From an uncultured delta proteobacterium (GTDB lineage: Bacteria > Myxococcota > Myxococcia > Myxococcales > Anaeromyxobacteraceae), in assembly GCA_963766715.1 (NCBI GenBank), contig CAVYBH010000009.1, forward strand, positions 36,080-100,079: a stretch of DNA of 64,000 bases, given 5' to 3'. Position numbers and translations under genes: made by a program. The stretch's first letter is position 1. The number at the start of each line of letters is the position of its first letter. A model generated the notes under the pieces. The model worked only from the letters and a program-made list of their open reading frames with translations. It was not told the DNA's origin and searched no databases. Shown here one piece after another: positions 14,032 to 25,250 of the stretch.

Positions 14032-15312
14032 CTACTGGAAATTAGCGTTCGCGGCCAGCAGCGCAACGACCTTGTCCTCGCGGATCCGCTGCCGCAGGCC
14101 CTCGAGCGCGTCGCCCTTGGGCTGGATGCGGGAGGGCGGCACGCCCATCTCGTCGGCCCGGCGCTGGATCTCGTCCTGCTCGTCCTGGCTCTCGACCCCG
14201 ATCTTCTCGGCCTCGGCGATGGCCTCGAGCAGCAGCGCGGCCTTCACGGTGAGGAGCGCCTGCTCGCGCAGGTCGGTGCGGATGCGGGCCACGTCCAGGT
14301 CGAGCTGGCGCAGGTCGATGCCCTGGCGGGCCAGCCGCTGGGCGGTGCTCTGCATCATGGCGTCGATGGTCCGCTCGATCAGGGCCTGGGGGACCTCGAA
14401 GTCGTTCTTCTCGAGGGCGGCCTTCACGAGCGCGTCGCGCTCCTCGGCCTCGACGCGCCGCTTCTCCCGCTTCTCGATGTCGGCGCGCACGCGCTCGCGC
14501 AGCACCGCCAGCGTCTCCACCCCCTCGATGCCGACCTCCTTCGCGAAGGCGTCGTCGATGGCGGGGATCTTCTGCGTCCGCAGCGACTGCAGCTGGATCT
14601 CGAAGTGGCACGGCTTGCCGGCCAGGGCCGGGTCGCGGAAGTCGGCGGGGAAGGCCTGCTCGAGCTCGAACTTCTCCCCGACGCTGCGGCCGGAGAGCAC
14701 CGCCATCTCGCCGGCGAAGAAGTTGCCGTCCTTCACCTGGATGAGCGCGCCCTCGGCCGACCCGCCGTCGAAGGGCTTGCCCTCGACCGAGCCCTTGTAG
14801 TCGATGACCGCCCAGTCGCCGAGCTCGGCCACGGTGCGCCCCTCGACCGGCACCATCTCGGCGAAGGACTGGCGCAGCCGCTCGATCTCGGCGTCGACGG
14901 TCTCGTCGGTCACGACGAAGGCCTTCTTCGCCACGGTGAGCCCCTTGTAGTCCTTGGGCTCGATGGTGGGCTTCACCTCGACGCGCGCGGTGTACGAGAA
15001 GGGCTTGTCCGCCGCGAGGGCCGCCTCGGCGACCTGGACGCGGGGAGCGGCCACGGCCTCGAGCTTCTGCTCCCGGCTGGCCTCGTCGAAGCTCTTCTGG
15101 ACGAGCCGCTCGACCACGTCGGCCTCGACCTGGTCCTTGAAGTTCCGCTCGAGGACGGCGCGGGGCGCCTTGCCGGGGCGGAAGCCCTTCAGCTTGGCGC
15201 GACGCCCGAGGCTCGCGTAGGCGCGGTCGATCTCCTTCGCCACCTCGGCGGGCTCGATCTCGACGGTGACCTTCTTCTCCACGGGGGAGAGCTTCTCGAC
15301 CTGGATCTTCAT
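14032..15312 (-). CDS. tig: Trigger factor
   Basis: GFRPGKAP ribosome-binding motif; position upstream of clpP. Confidence 0.96.
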   Translation of the reverse strand: MKIQVEKLSPVEKKVTVEIEPAEVAKEIDRAYASLGRRAKLKGFRPGKAPRAVLERNFKDQVEADVVERLVQKSFDEASREQKLEAVAAPRVQVAEAALAADKPFSYTARVEVKPTIEPKDYKGLTVAKKAFVVTDETVDAEIERLRQSFAEMVPVEGRTVAELGDWAVIDYKGSVEGKPFDGGSAEGALIQVKDGNFFAGEMAVLSGRSVGEKFELEQAFPADFRDPALAGKPCHFEIQLQSLRTQKIPAIDDAFAKEVGIEGVETLAVLRERVRADIEKREKRRVEAEERDALVKAALEKNDFEVPQALIERTIDAMMQSTAQRLARQGIDLRQLDLDVARIRTDLREQALLTVKAALLLEAIAEAEKIGVESQDEQDEIQRRADEMGVPPSRIQPKGDALEGLRQRIREDKVVALLAANANFQ

Positions 15313-15345
15313 TCGGGGAATTCCTTCAAGCGGAACGGGGGCATA

Positions 15346-15374
15346 GACCTACGGCCGCGGGGCCGCCGGGTCAA
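15346..15374 (-). promoter_or_regulatory. Sigma70-like promoter of tig
   Basis: TTGACC-N17-TAGGTC on minus strand. Confidence 0.5.
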
Positions 15375-15392
15375 GGGAAATGGGGGGCGAAA

Positions 15393-15474
15393 TGGGCGGG
15401 GAGGGACTCGAACCCTCATGCCTTGCGGCACCGGATCCTAAGTCCGGCGCGTCTGCCAGTTCCGCCACCCGCCC
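15393..15474 (-). tRNA. tRNA-Leu (TAG)
   Basis: Cloverleaf with long variable arm; anticodon arm CCGGA-CT-TAG-GA-TCCGG; GGTTCGAGTCC T-arm. Confidence 0.95.
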
Positions 15475-15542
15475 GCGGACCCCGCCACACTACCCGATCA
15501 CGGGCGGGCCCGAGGGGACCGGTTTCGATGTAGAAACGGTGC

Positions 15543-15953
15543 GTGGACGCGCCCCATGAGCACCCGCCCGAGGCCAGATGCACGCCGGACTGCCCCCGGT
15601 GGAGCGAATGGGCCATCCATTTCTACTTCCTCCAGCAGCGCTGGCCCGAGATGCTCGAGGCCTGCCGGACCGCCTCCGCCATCGAGTGGGTGATGGTGGC
15701 GCCCGGGGTGGCCGGGGTGACGCTGCCCGAGTACCTGCGCGACGAGCAGCTGGTGCGGCTCAACATGGTGGCCGGCCGCGACACCCCCGAGGTGCTCCTC
15801 GACGACTGGGGCATCCGCTGCAGCCTCACCTTCCGCGGGGCCCGGGTCGAGGTGGCGATGCCCTGGGGCGCGGTGGTGGCCGGGACGCTGCGCCCGCCGG
15901 CGCCCGTGAAGAAGCCGCGCTTCGGCCTCATCCAGGGCGGCAAGAAGGACTGA
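15543..15953 (+). CDS. ClpXP specificity factor SspB-like protein
   Basis: GVTLPEYL...LVRLN...DDWGIRCSLTFRG...MPWGAV core; C-terminal RFGLIQGG resembles the SspB ClpX-binding tail; next to clpPX. Confidence 0.7.
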   Translation: MDAPHEHPPEARCTPDCPRWSEWAIHFYFLQQRWPEMLEACRTASAIEWVMVAPGVAGVTLPEYLRDEQLVRLNMVAGRDTPEVLLDDWGIRCSLTFRGARVEVAMPWGAVVAGTLRPPAPVKKPRFGLIQGGKKD

Positions 15954-15967
15954 GCGCCCGAAAAGCA

Positions 15968-15999
15968 AAAAGGCCAACCGGGATGCCGGTCGGCCTTTT
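15968..15999. terminator. Bidirectional intrinsic terminator
   Basis: AAAAGGCCAACCGG-GATG-CCGGTCGGCCTTTT between convergent SspB-like gene and tRNA-Lys. Confidence 0.8.
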
Positions 16000-16024
16000 C
16001 GCGCCGCGTCTCTCGACGGGGACT

Positions 16025-16100
16025 TGGTGAGCGCAGAAGGAATCGAACCTTCAACCTATGGATTAAGAGTCCATTGCTCTGCCAGTTGAGCTATGCGCCC
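16025..16100 (-). tRNA. tRNA-Lys (CTT)
   Basis: ATGGA-CT-CTT-AA-TCCAT anticodon arm; encoded CCA. Confidence 0.96.
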
Positions 16101-16144
16101 GGAAACATCGGGGAACTTCGGATGGCATCTGGCGAAGGGCGGCG

Positions 16145-16173
16145 GATTTAGCAGTTTGCCCCAGGGGTGTCAA
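16145..16173 (-). promoter_or_regulatory. Sigma70-like promoter of tRNA-Lys
   Basis: TTGACA-N17-TAAATC. Confidence 0.6.
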
Positions 16174-16250
16174 TGGCGCGCCCGGAGGGAATCGAACCCC
16201 CGACCTGCGGCTTCGAAGGCCGACGCTCTATCCATCTGAGCTACGGGCGC
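16174..16250 (-). tRNA. tRNA-Arg (TCG)
   Basis: CGGC-CT-TCG-AA-GCCG anticodon arm; encoded CCA. Confidence 0.93.
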
Positions 16251-16282
16251 AGAAGGCGGGGGGTCCCGCCGTCCGTAAGAGG

Positions 16283-16359
16283 TGGGGTGAGTGAAGGGGC
16301 TCGAACCCTCAACCCCCGGATCCACAGTCCAGTGCTCTACCGATTGAGCTACACTCACC
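16283..16359 (-). tRNA. tRNA-His (GTG)
   Basis: CTGGA-CT-GTG-GA-TCCGG anticodon arm; G-1 and C73; CCA. Confidence 0.95.
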
Positions 16360-16369
16360 GTAAAAATGT

Positions 16370-16446
16370 TGGCGCGCCCGGAGGGAGTCGAACCCCCGAC
16401 CCGCGGCTTAGAAGGCCGCTGCTCTATCCAACTGAGCTACGGGCGC
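16370..16446 (-). tRNA. tRNA-Arg (TCT)
   Basis: GCGGC-CT-TCT-AA-GCCGC anticodon arm; CCA. Confidence 0.95.
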
Positions 16447-16511
16447 AAGTCGGCCCCGTCCTCCGTGCTCCGGGATGTCTTCCCCGGCCATCCGATTCGA
16501 CTTTCAAAGAG

Positions 16512-16585
16512 TCGGGGCGGCGGGATTCGGACCCGCGACCTCCTGCGCCCAAGGCAGGCGCGCTACCAGGCTGCGCTACGCCCCG
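16512..16585 (-). tRNA. tRNA-Pro (TGG)
   Basis: CGGGGCG acceptor stem, CCTGC-CT-TGG-GC-GCAGG anticodon arm; T-loop reads TCCGAAT. Confidence 0.9.
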
Positions 16586-16627
16586 GCGACCGACTACCGG
16601 CTCGTCCGCTCCGGCCCGAGAGCGCCG

Positions 16628-16656
16628 TGTCTAGCGTCCCTCCGGGGTTTTGTCAA
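16628..16656 (-). promoter_or_regulatory. Sigma70-like promoter of the Pro-Arg-His-Arg tRNA cluster
   Basis: TTGACA-N17-TAGACA. Confidence 0.6.
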
Positions 16657-17279
16657 AGGGAGGCTGCGATGCGGACCAGATCGGGCACCAGGCGGCGAAG
16701 CGCCTCGCCCCGGTGGGACAGCCCGTCCTTCTCGGCCGGGGAGAGCTCGGCCATGGTCTTCCCGGGGGCTCCCTCGGGCAGGAAGAGCGGGTCGTAGCCG
16801 AATCCCCCCTCCCCGCGCGGCGCCTCGCCCACCACGCCCCGGCAGGCCCCCTCGGCGGTGGCGAGGATGCTGCCGTCCGGCGCCGCGAGCGCCACCACGG
16901 CCCGGTACTCGGCGCCGCGGTGCTCGGGCAGGACCCCGTGCAGGACCATGAGGAGCTTGGTGTTGTTGGCCCGGTCCCGCTCCACGCCCGAGAGGCCCGG
17001 GCTCTCCCCCTCCGACCAGCGCGCCGAGCGGATGCCCGGCTGGCCCCAGAGGGCGTCGATGCAGAGCCCCGAGTCGTCGGCCAGCGCGTGCATCCCGGCG
17101 GCGCGGGCGTACGCGGCGGCCTTCTTGGCGGCGTTGGCCGTGAAGGTGGCGCCGTCCTCCTCGACCTCCGGGATCTCGCGCCCCAGGTCGTCCGAGGGAG
17201 ACCACGCGGACCGGGAGGCCGGCCACCAGCCGGCGAAGCTCCCGGAGCTTGCCCGGGTTGCGGGTGGCGAAGAGCAGGT

Positions 17280-17283
<4 letters not shown>
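16653..17283 (-). CDS. rdgB: Non-canonical purine NTP pyrophosphatase (HAM1 family), frameshift near 17190
   Basis: [29 protein letters not shown]; follows rph. Confidence 0.93.
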
Positions 17284-17999
<716 letters not shown>

Positions 18000-18009
18000 G
18001 GGGCGCGCA

Positions 18010-18815
18010 TCATAACCTCGGACGCGCCGGACCGCAGCCCGAGAGGCGGTCGACGGGGCGGGGCTGCGGGCGGTGGCGCGCCAGGCGGCGATCCCGGCGG
18101 CGAGCGCGTTCGCGATCGCCTCCTGCCGCGACGCCCGGGCGAGGTCCTTGCCCTCCACCGGGTGGGACACGAAGCCCAGCTCCACGAGCACCGCGGCCAT
18201 CCGGGCCCCGGCCAGCACGTAGAACGGCGCCTGCTTCACGCCCCGGTCGGGGGCGCGGGTCCCTCGCACCACCGCCCCGTGGATGGCCTGGGCGAGCCGC
18301 GAGCTCTCGGAGAGGTTGGCGTTGTCCTCCAGGTCGGACAGGATGCCGCCCACCACGTCGGCCGGGTCGATCTCCGGCTCGCCGGCCAGGCGGTCGGCGT
18401 TCTCGCGCGCCGCCACGGCGGAGGCGGACGCGTCGGAGGCGTCGGCCGACAGGAAGTAGGTCTCCACGCCGCGGGCCTTCGATCCGGCCCCGCCGGGCGC
18501 CGAGTTCAGGTGGATGGAGACGAAGAGGTCGGCCTTCTCGACGTTGGCGATGGCGGCGCGGCGCGCCAGCTCCACCGAGTCGTCCCCGCCGCGCGTGAGC
18601 ACCACGCGCGCGCCCTGCTTCTCCAGCCGCTTCTTGAGCAGGCGGGCGATCTGCAGCGTGAGGTCCTTCTCCCGCTTGCCGTCGACCGAGATGGCGCCGT
18701 CCTTCTCCCCGCCGTGACCGGGATCGATCACGACCACGAAGGCCGGCTGTGCGGCGGCCTTCGCCGGGACGGGCTTCGCGGCGAGGAGCAGCGCGGTGGC
18801 GAGAGCGAGGAGCAT
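18010..18815 (-). CDS. N-acetylmuramoyl-L-alanine amidase (Amidase_3); in this assembly reads in frame into rph, 3' end approximate
   Basis: Signal peptide, [29 protein letters not shown]. Confidence 0.88.
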
Positions 18816-18843
18816 GGACGGCCGACCGGGGGCCCGGGCCCCC

Positions 18844-19894
18844 TCAGGCCACCTCGAGAGCGGCTCCGGAGGGCGCCTCGCGCACCTCCCCGATGCGCGC
18901 CGCCGCCACGCCCTGGTCGGCGAGCAGCCGGAGCACCGTCTCCAGCCGGCCGGGCGCCACCGCCGCGAGCAGCCCGCCGTTCGTCTGGGCGTCGGCCAGC
19001 ACGAGCTGCATCGGGCGGCGTGACGGCGGGGCCGAAGCGGACGTGCGGGGCCACCCATTCGAGGTTGGCCTTCGTGCCGCCGGGGACCACGTCCTTCTCC
19101 GCCAGCCCCAGCGCGCCCGCCTGCACGGGAACGGCGTCGGCCCGGATCGAGAGGACGACGCGGGAGCCCTCGGCCATCTCCCAGGCGTGGCCCAGCAGGC
19201 CGAAGCCGGTGACGTCGGTGAGCGCGGAGACGGCGCCGCTCGCGGCCAGGACCTCGCCGGCGGCCCGGTTCAGCTCGGCCATCACGGCGGTGACCTCGGC
19301 GATCTGCGCGGGCGTGGCCGTCCCCCGCTTGATGGCGGTGGTGACGATGCCCGAGCCGAGGGGCTTGGTGAGCAGGAGCTGGTCGCCGGGGCGCGCGCCG
19401 ACGTTCCGCAGCACGCGGTCGGGGTGCACGAGCCCGGTCACGGCCATGCCGTACTTGGGCTCCGGGTCGTCGATGCTGTGGCCGCCCAGCACCGGCGCGC
19501 CGGCGAGGGCCGCGGCCTCCGACCCGCCGCGCAGGATCTCGGCGAGGACCTCGATGGGGAGGACCTTGATCGGGAAGGCCACCAGGTTGAGCGCGAAGAT
19601 CGGCCGGCCGCCCATGGCCCACACGTCGGAGAAGGCGTTGGCCGCGGCGATGCGGCCGAACCAGTACGGGTCGTCGACCACCGGCGTGAAGAAGTCGACC
19701 GTCTCCACGATGGCCTCGGTGGGCGACAGTCGATACACGGCGGCGTCGTCGCGCGTCTCGTGACCGACGAGAGCGCGCGCATCCGTCACCCTGGGTAGGT
19801 GGCGCAGGACCTGCGCCAAGTCCGCCGGGCGGATCTTGCAGGCTCAACCAGCGCCGTGCGACAGCGAGGTGAGCCGGGGGTGGTTCCTGTCCAT
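18844..19894 (-). CDS. selD: Selenide, water dikinase with in-frame UGA (Sec17); frameshift near 19015
   Basis: [65 protein letters not shown]. Confidence 0.95.
19810..19842 (-). promoter_or_regulatory. Putative bacterial SECIS hairpin just 3' of the selD UGA
   Basis: CCTGC-AAG-A-TCCGC-CCG-GCGGA-CTT-GGC-GCAGG on the coding strand. Confidence 0.65.
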
Positions 19895-19900
19895 CACGTC

Positions 19901-20635
19901 CTACGGTCGTGGCGCGGCCGGCGGCGCGCCCGTGGAATCGATGCCGGCGAACTTGAGATAGAGCTCGGCGCTGTGGTTGCCGGGCGAGACGCGGAGGACC
20001 TCGTTCCACTGGTCGGCGGCCTCCGGCAGGCGGCCCGCGGCGAAGAGGCAGAGGCCCAGGTTGAGCCGGCCGGGGACGAAGGCCGGGTTCTGCCGGATCG
20101 CCTCCTCGTACTCGACGATGGCCTCGGCGCGCCGCCCGGAGTCGCGCAGCGCGCCGGCCAGCCGGGCGCGGATGTCCACGAAGGTGGGGCAGAGCGCGAG
20201 CGCCCGCTGCAGCTCGGCGATGGCCTCGGGGTAGAGCCCGGCGGAGAGGTAGACCTCGCCGATGTCGGAATACATGTTGGCGAGCTTGCCGCGGACGAAG
20301 TGGTCGAGCTGCCCGGGGGCGGCGCCGGAGGTGGTCAGCGCCTGCTGGTAGGCCTCCTGGGCCTCCCGGTACTTGCCGGTGTCGTTGTAGGTGATGGCCA
20401 GGTTGAGCGCGGCGTCGGTGTAGGCCGGGTTCAGCCGGAGCGCCGCCTCGAAGGCGCGCTGGGCCTTCTGGTAGTGCCCCTGGTCGTGGAAGCAGACGCC
20501 CAGCATGTTGTAGACGTCGGCGAAGGTGGGGTTCCCCTCCACGACCTGGGTCAGGTACTGCTCGGCGCGCGCGAACTCGCGACGGGCGTAGTGGAATCGC
20601 CCGAGCGCCAGCTTCTCCTTGAGCACGTCGTCCAT
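19901..20635 (-). CDS. Tetratricopeptide repeat protein
   Basis: Repeated TPR-like units ([27 protein letters not shown]); GGAGAGG-like SD. Confidence 0.85.
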   Translation of the reverse strand: MDDVLKEKLALGRFHYARREFARAEQYLTQVVEGNPTFADVYNMLGVCFHDQGHYQKAQRAFEAALRLNPAYTDAALNLAITYNDTGKYREAQEAYQQALTTSGAAPGQLDHFVRGKLANMYSDIGEVYLSAGLYPEAIAELQRALALCPTFVDIRARLAGALRDSGRRAEAIVEYEEAIRQNPAFVPGRLNLGLCLFAAGRLPEAADQWNEVLRVSPGNHSAELYLKFAGIDSTGAPPAAPRP

Positions 20636-20692
20636 GTCCCTCTCCCCCGGGTCGCTCCGCCGCCCGGGAAGTCTACCATCGGGGCGCTCCGG

Positions 20693-21440
20693 TCACAGGC
20701 CGGAGGTGAAGACCCAGCGCTCCCCGCGCCGCTCCAGCCGGTACCGGGCCCGGAGCGGGCGGCCGTCGTTCCCGGGCCGGCCGTCCTCGTAGTCCTCGCC
20801 GACCTCGGCGCTGTCCCGGTCGACCCGGATCTGCCAGCCGCGGACGCGCAGCTCGGGGTGGGGCCCCCTGGCCTCGGCCGCCAGCCGCGCCGCCAGCGCG
20901 CCCCGGTCGGTCGGCGCCGTCCCGGTAGTCGTCGGCCGCAAGCGCCACCTGCGCGGGCGCGTCTCCGGCCCGGGCCGCGTCGAGGCGCCGGAAGAGGGTC
21001 CGCAGGACCATTCGCAGCCGCGCGAACTGGTCGCCCTCGGAGCACCAGAGGGCGATCTTGCAGGGCTTCATGTGGAACTGCTCGCGCCCGATGTAGGAGA
21101 CCGCGGCGGTCTGGTCGCGCCAGGTGGCCTGCCCCTCGGCGTCGAGCTGGGCCACCACCGTGGCGCGGTCGCCCTCCACCACCGGCACCACCTCGGAGTA
21201 GCGGACCGGGACGAGCTCGAGGGTGCCCCCGGCCTTCCAGCCGTAGACGTCCTCGAGGTGGGCCCGGTTCTGGTGGACGAGCGCCTGGCGGACCTGGGCC
21301 TCCGGGCTCTGGAGCGAGACGCCGGAGCCCGCGTCCATCAGCTCGGCGCGCCAGATCCAGGCGCCGGCCGCGGCCGCGCCGGCCACCAGGATGGGGACCA
21401 GGTACGGGGCGCCGGTCCGGAAGCGGACGCGCCTCCGGCG
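20693..21440 (-). CDS. Hypothetical membrane-anchored protein (frameshifted; start uncertain)
   Basis: Hydrophobic N-terminus (YLVPILVAGAAAAGAWIW) and coding-like sequence in ORFs 20673..22283 and 20693..20941. Confidence 0.5.
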
Positions 21441-21447
21441 CCGGAAC

Positions 21448-22268
21448 TCACTTCCAGGGCGAGGGGGCGGGCTCGGGCTGGGTACGGAGTTCGGCAAGGA
21501 GCTTCTCGGCGCCGGCGCGCTGCTTGCCTGCGGGTACTTCACGATGAGCTGCTGGAGGGCCTGCTGCGCCCGGAAGCGCTCCGAGAGCTTCACGTACATG
21601 TCGGCGAGCGCCCAGAGGGCCTCGGGCTCGCGGGCGCTGCCCGGGTAGTCCTTCATGAGCCGCTCGAGCCGGAAGGCGGCGCCCTGCCACTTCTCGCGCT
21701 TCATGTAGAACTCGTAGGCGTACCAGTCGCGCTCGGCGAGCACGTCGCGGACCTTGGCCAGCTTCTCCTTCGCCTCCGGCGCGTACTTCGAGGTCGGGTA
21801 CTTCTCGACGAACAGGGCCAGGCCGTCGGCGGCCTTGGCCACCTGGGCCAGGTCGCGCTCGTGGACCGGCGGGAAGAGGAAGAAGTCGCTGGGGGCGTCC
21901 TCCCACCGGGCCAGCGCCGCGCGGTAGGCGGCGTAGTCGACCTCGGGGCTGGAGGGGTGGATCTTCACGAAGGTCTGGTAGGCGTCGGCCGCCTCGATGA
22001 ACTTGCCCTGGGCGAAGCGCAGGTCGGCCAGGCGCAGCTCGGCGAGCACGCCGTACTTCGAGTACGGATACTTGGTGCGGACCCGCTCCAGGATCCGCTG
22101 GGCGTCGGGGAAGGACCGGTCCTCGAGCTCGGTCACGCCGCGGACGTACTCCTCCTCGGCGGGGGACTCGTACTTCACCGCCGGGGCCTTCTTCGCGCAG
22201 GCGGAGAGGGCCGGGAGGGAGAGGGCGAGGGCCGCGAGCAGCGGCCAGATCCGGTTCCGGGAACGCAT
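21448..22268 (-). CDS. bamD: Outer membrane protein assembly lipoprotein BamD (frameshift near 21530)
   Basis: Lipobox LSAC, KYPYSKY, AELRLAD, FVKIHPSS, RDLAQ, YPTSKYA. Confidence 0.88.
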
Positions 22269-22284
22269 CGGGGCGCGAAACATA

Positions 22285-22761
22285 TCAGCGGTCCTCCCCC
22301 TCGTCCACGTACACTCCTAGTGCGGACGAGACGGCCCGGCCGGAGAATCCGCGACCCAGGAGGAAGCGGCCGAGGCGGGCCCGCTCCCGGTCGTCGAGCT
22401 CGGCGATGGGGCGCCGGGCGCGCCGCTCGGCCAGGAGGCGGCAGCGGGCGGACTCCTCGGGCCCGAGGGCGTCGGCGACGGCGCGGCGGGCGTCTTCGCG
22501 AGGGATGCCGCTGGCGGCCAGGCGGCGCTCGGCCAGGCGCGGCCCGAGGCGACCCGGCGCGACGAGCAAGCGGGCCCGGTCGCGGGCGAAGGCGGCGTCG
22601 TCGAGGTAGCCCAGCCCGCGCAGCCAGGTCACCACCCCGTCCGCCTCCTCGGGGAAGCCGGCCAGGACGAGCCGCTCCCGGATCTGGGCCTCGGTGCGGG
22701 GGCGCGCGGCGAGCAGCCGGAGCGCCCGGGCGCGGGCGCGGGACTGCGGGGACTCGGTCAA
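22285..22761 (-). CDS. recX: RecX-family regulatory protein
   Basis: RALRLLAARPRTEAQIRERL, GYLDDAAFA, GPRLA, FLLGRGFS. Confidence 0.85.
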   Translation of the reverse strand: MTESPQSRARARALRLLAARPRTEAQIRERLVLAGFPEEADGVVTWLRGLGYLDDAAFARDRARLLVAPGRLGPRLAERRLAASGIPREDARRAVADALGPEESARCRLLAERRARRPIAELDDRERARLGRFLLGRGFSGRAVSSALGVYVDEGEDR

Positions 22762-22790
22762 GCGGGGTTCCGGGGAGGCGCGGGCGCGGC

Positions 22791-24086
22791 CTAGAAGCGC
22801 TCGATCTGGAAATCGTCCTCGGCGGGCGCCGGGGCGGAATCGGCGGGACGCGGGGCGGCGACGCGGCCGATGGGGACGGCCGCCGCAGGGGCGGCAGCCG
22901 GCCGGGGCGCGGGACGGGGCGCCGGGCGCGGGACGGGGGCGGCCGCCGCGGGCGCCGCCTTCGGTGCGGAGGCCTCCGGGGAACCGTCGAAGTTGTCCCA
23001 CTTCGAGTCGCTGGTGCCGGAGATGCCCGAGACCCGCAGCGCGAAGTCGTCGGGGTTCGTGGCCTGGCGCAGGGCCTCCTCGTAGCTCACCAGGCCGGAG
23101 CGGTAGAGCCCCATGAGCGACTGGTCGAAGGTCTGCATCCCGTAGGACACGTGCCCCTGCGAGATGGCGTCGGAGATCTCCTTGGTGCGGTCCTTGTCCT
23201 CGACCAGCTCCCGGACGCGGGTGGTGGCGAGGAGCACCTCGACGGCGGGCACGCGGCCGTGGCCGTCGGCGCGGGGAACCAGCCGCTGGCTGATCACCGC
23301 GCGCAGCACGGCGCCGAGCTGCAGCCGCACCTGCTTCTGCTGGTACGGGGGGAAGGCCGAGATGATGCGGTTGATGGTCTCGGTGGCGTCGAGGGTGTGC
23401 AGGGTCGACATCACCAGGTGGCCGGTCTCGGCGGCGGTGAGCGCGGTCTCGATGGTCTCGAGGTCCCGCATCTCGCCCACCAGGATCACGTCGGGGTCCT
23501 GGCGCAGCGCGCTCTTCAGCGCCTGCCCGAAGCTCATCGTGTCGACGCCCACCTCGCGCTGGTTCACGATCGACCGCTTGTCGCGGATGAGGAACTCGAT
23601 GGGGTCCTCGATCGTCATGATGTGGCAGGTCTCGGTCGCGTTGACGAAGTCGACCATGGCCGCGAGCGTCGTGGACTTGCCGGAGCCGGTGGTGCCGGTG
23701 ACCAGGATCAGGCCGCGCTGCTCGGCGGCGATCTTCTCGAGGACCTTGGGCAGCATGAGCTGCTCGATGGTCTGGATGCGGAAGGGGATCACGCGGAGCA
23801 CGACGCCGAGCGAGCCGCGCTGCTGGAAGACGTTCACGCGGAAGCGGCCCAGGCCGGGGACGCCGTAGGCCAGGTCGACCTCGTTGGTCTGCTTGAACTT
23901 CTCGCGCTGGTACTCGTTCATGATGCCGAGCGCCATCCGCGAGATCTCCTCGGGCGGGAGGCGGCGGGCATCCTTGAGCGGCACCAGCGCCCCGTCGATG
24001 CGGAACATCGGGGGCAGGCCGGCCTTCAGGTGGATGTCGCTGGCGCCGGACCGCAGCGCGATCTGCAGGATCTCGTTCAGCTCCAT
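22791..24086 (-). CDS. pilT: Type IV pilus retraction ATPase (PilT/PilU family) with Pro/Ala-rich tail
   Basis: ASDIHL, GTTGSGKST, TIEDPIE, LRQDPDVILVGEMRD, GHLVMSTLH. Confidence 0.93.
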   Translation of the reverse strand: MELNEILQIALRSGASDIHLKAGLPPMFRIDGALVPLKDARRLPPEEISRMALGIMNEYQREKFKQTNEVDLAYGVPGLGRFRVNVFQQRGSLGVVLRVIPFRIQTIEQLMLPKVLEKIAAEQRGLILVTGTTGSGKSTTLAAMVDFVNATETCHIMTIEDPIEFLIRDKRSIVNQREVGVDTMSFGQALKSALRQDPDVILVGEMRDLETIETALTAAETGHLVMSTLHTLDATETINRIISAFPPYQQKQVRLQLGAVLRAVISQRLVPRADGHGRVPAVEVLLATTRVRELVEDKDRTKEISDAISQGHVSYGMQTFDQSLMGLYRSGLVSYEEALRQATNPDDFALRVSGISGTSDSKWDNFDGSPEASAPKAAPAAAAPVPRPAPRPAPRPAAAPAAAVPIGRVAAPRPADSAPAPAEDDFQIERF

Positions 24087-24218
24087 GACGAGTCGGAAGC
24101 GTACCACCGGGGCCGGAGGGATTCCACGAACCGTGGACCGTGATCGCACGACGGGGGAATCCGCTGTGGGATGACTCCCCACAGCGGGCGCGCGATATCG
24201 ACCGGGTGACGCGGGGCC

Positions 24219-24265
24219 GGGACGAGAACGCCGCCCGCACCCGGAGGCACGGACGGCGTCGTCCC
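24219..24265 (-). terminator. Hairpin downstream of rpsI
   Basis: GGGACGA...ACGCCG...CGGCGTCGTCCC inverted repeat just past the rpsI stop. Confidence 0.5.
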
Positions 24266-24279
24266 GTACGGCTGGGCGG

Positions 24280-24672
24280 CTAGCGCTTCGAGAACTGGAA
24301 GCGCTTGCGGGCGCCGGGCTGGCCGTACTTCTTGCGCTCGACCGCGCGGGCGTCGCGGGTCAGGAAGCCGGCCTTCTTCAGGGCCGGACGCCACTCGGGG
24401 TTGAGGACCGAGAGGGCGCGCGAGATGCCGTGGCGGATGGCGCCGGCCTGGCCGGACAGCCCTCCCCCGTTGGCGTTCACGAACACGTCCATCTTGCCCA
24501 TCTGGTCGACGAGCTTGAGCGGCTCGACCAGGATCATCTTGGAGGTCTCGCGGCCGAAGTACTGGTCGAGGGACTTTCCGTTGACGGTGATCGTCCCGGT
24601 GCCCGGGACGAGCCGGACGCGCGCGACGGATTCCTTGCGGCGACCGGTGGTGATCTTCTGCGTCGTGGCCAT
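24280..24672 (-). CDS. rpsI: 30S ribosomal protein S9
   Basis: [11 protein letters not shown]...[14 protein letters not shown]...ERKKYG...QFSKR. Confidence 0.98.
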   Translation of the reverse strand: MATTQKITTGRRKESVARVRLVPGTGTITVNGKSLDQYFGRETSKMILVEPLKLVDQMGKMDVFVNANGGGLSGQAGAIRHGISRALSVLNPEWRPALKKAGFLTRDARAVERKKYGQPGARKRFQFSKR

Positions 24673-24682
24673 CTCGATTCCT

Positions 24683-25130
24683 CTAGGCGGAGATCTTCAG
24701 GGCTTCGGGCTTCTGCGCGGCGTGCGGATGCGCAGGCGCCGGCGTAGACCTTCAGCTTGGTCATCATCGCGCGCCCGAGGGCGTTGCGAGGGAGCATGCG
24801 CTTCACGGCGAAGATGAGGATGTCCTCAGGGTGCCGGGCGCGGACCTTCTCGGCGGGCGTCAGCTTGGCGCCGCCGGGGTGCATGGTGTGGGAGAAGTAG
24901 AGCTTCTCCTGCTCCTTCTTGCCGGTGAAGCGGGCCTTCTCGGCGTTGATCACGACGACGAAGTCCCCGGTGTCGAGGGAGGGCGTGTACGACGCCTTGT
25001 GCTTGCCCTTCAGGAGGGTCGCGATGCGGGTCGCGGCGCGGCCGACCGTCAGGTCCGTCGCGTCGACGATCCACCACTTTCGCGAGCGGAGGGCTTCCGC
25101 CTGCGTGGTGCTGTGAGTTGCCTTGTTCAT
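24683..25130 (-). CDS. rplM: 50S ribosomal protein L13 (frameshift near 24735)
   Basis: [42 protein letters not shown]. Confidence 0.96.
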
Positions 25131-25166
25131 GGAAAACCTGGTGTTTCGAGCGATTTGGAAGGGGCG

Positions 25167-25195
25167 TTCCTAGCGGAACCCCCCCGGATTGTCAA
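25167..25195 (-). promoter_or_regulatory. Sigma70-like promoter of rplM-rpsI
   Basis: TTGACA-N17-TAGGAA. Confidence 0.6.
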
Positions 25196-25250
25196 GGAAG
25201 GACGAGCCGGCCGGTGATTGGCCGGGGGATCGTCCGGCACCCCGCCAGGG

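Noticed and set aside
16025..16585. tRNA cluster as an integration site for a prophage or island
   Set aside because: No integrase and no duplicated tRNA 3' end in the window; the flanks are housekeeping genes.
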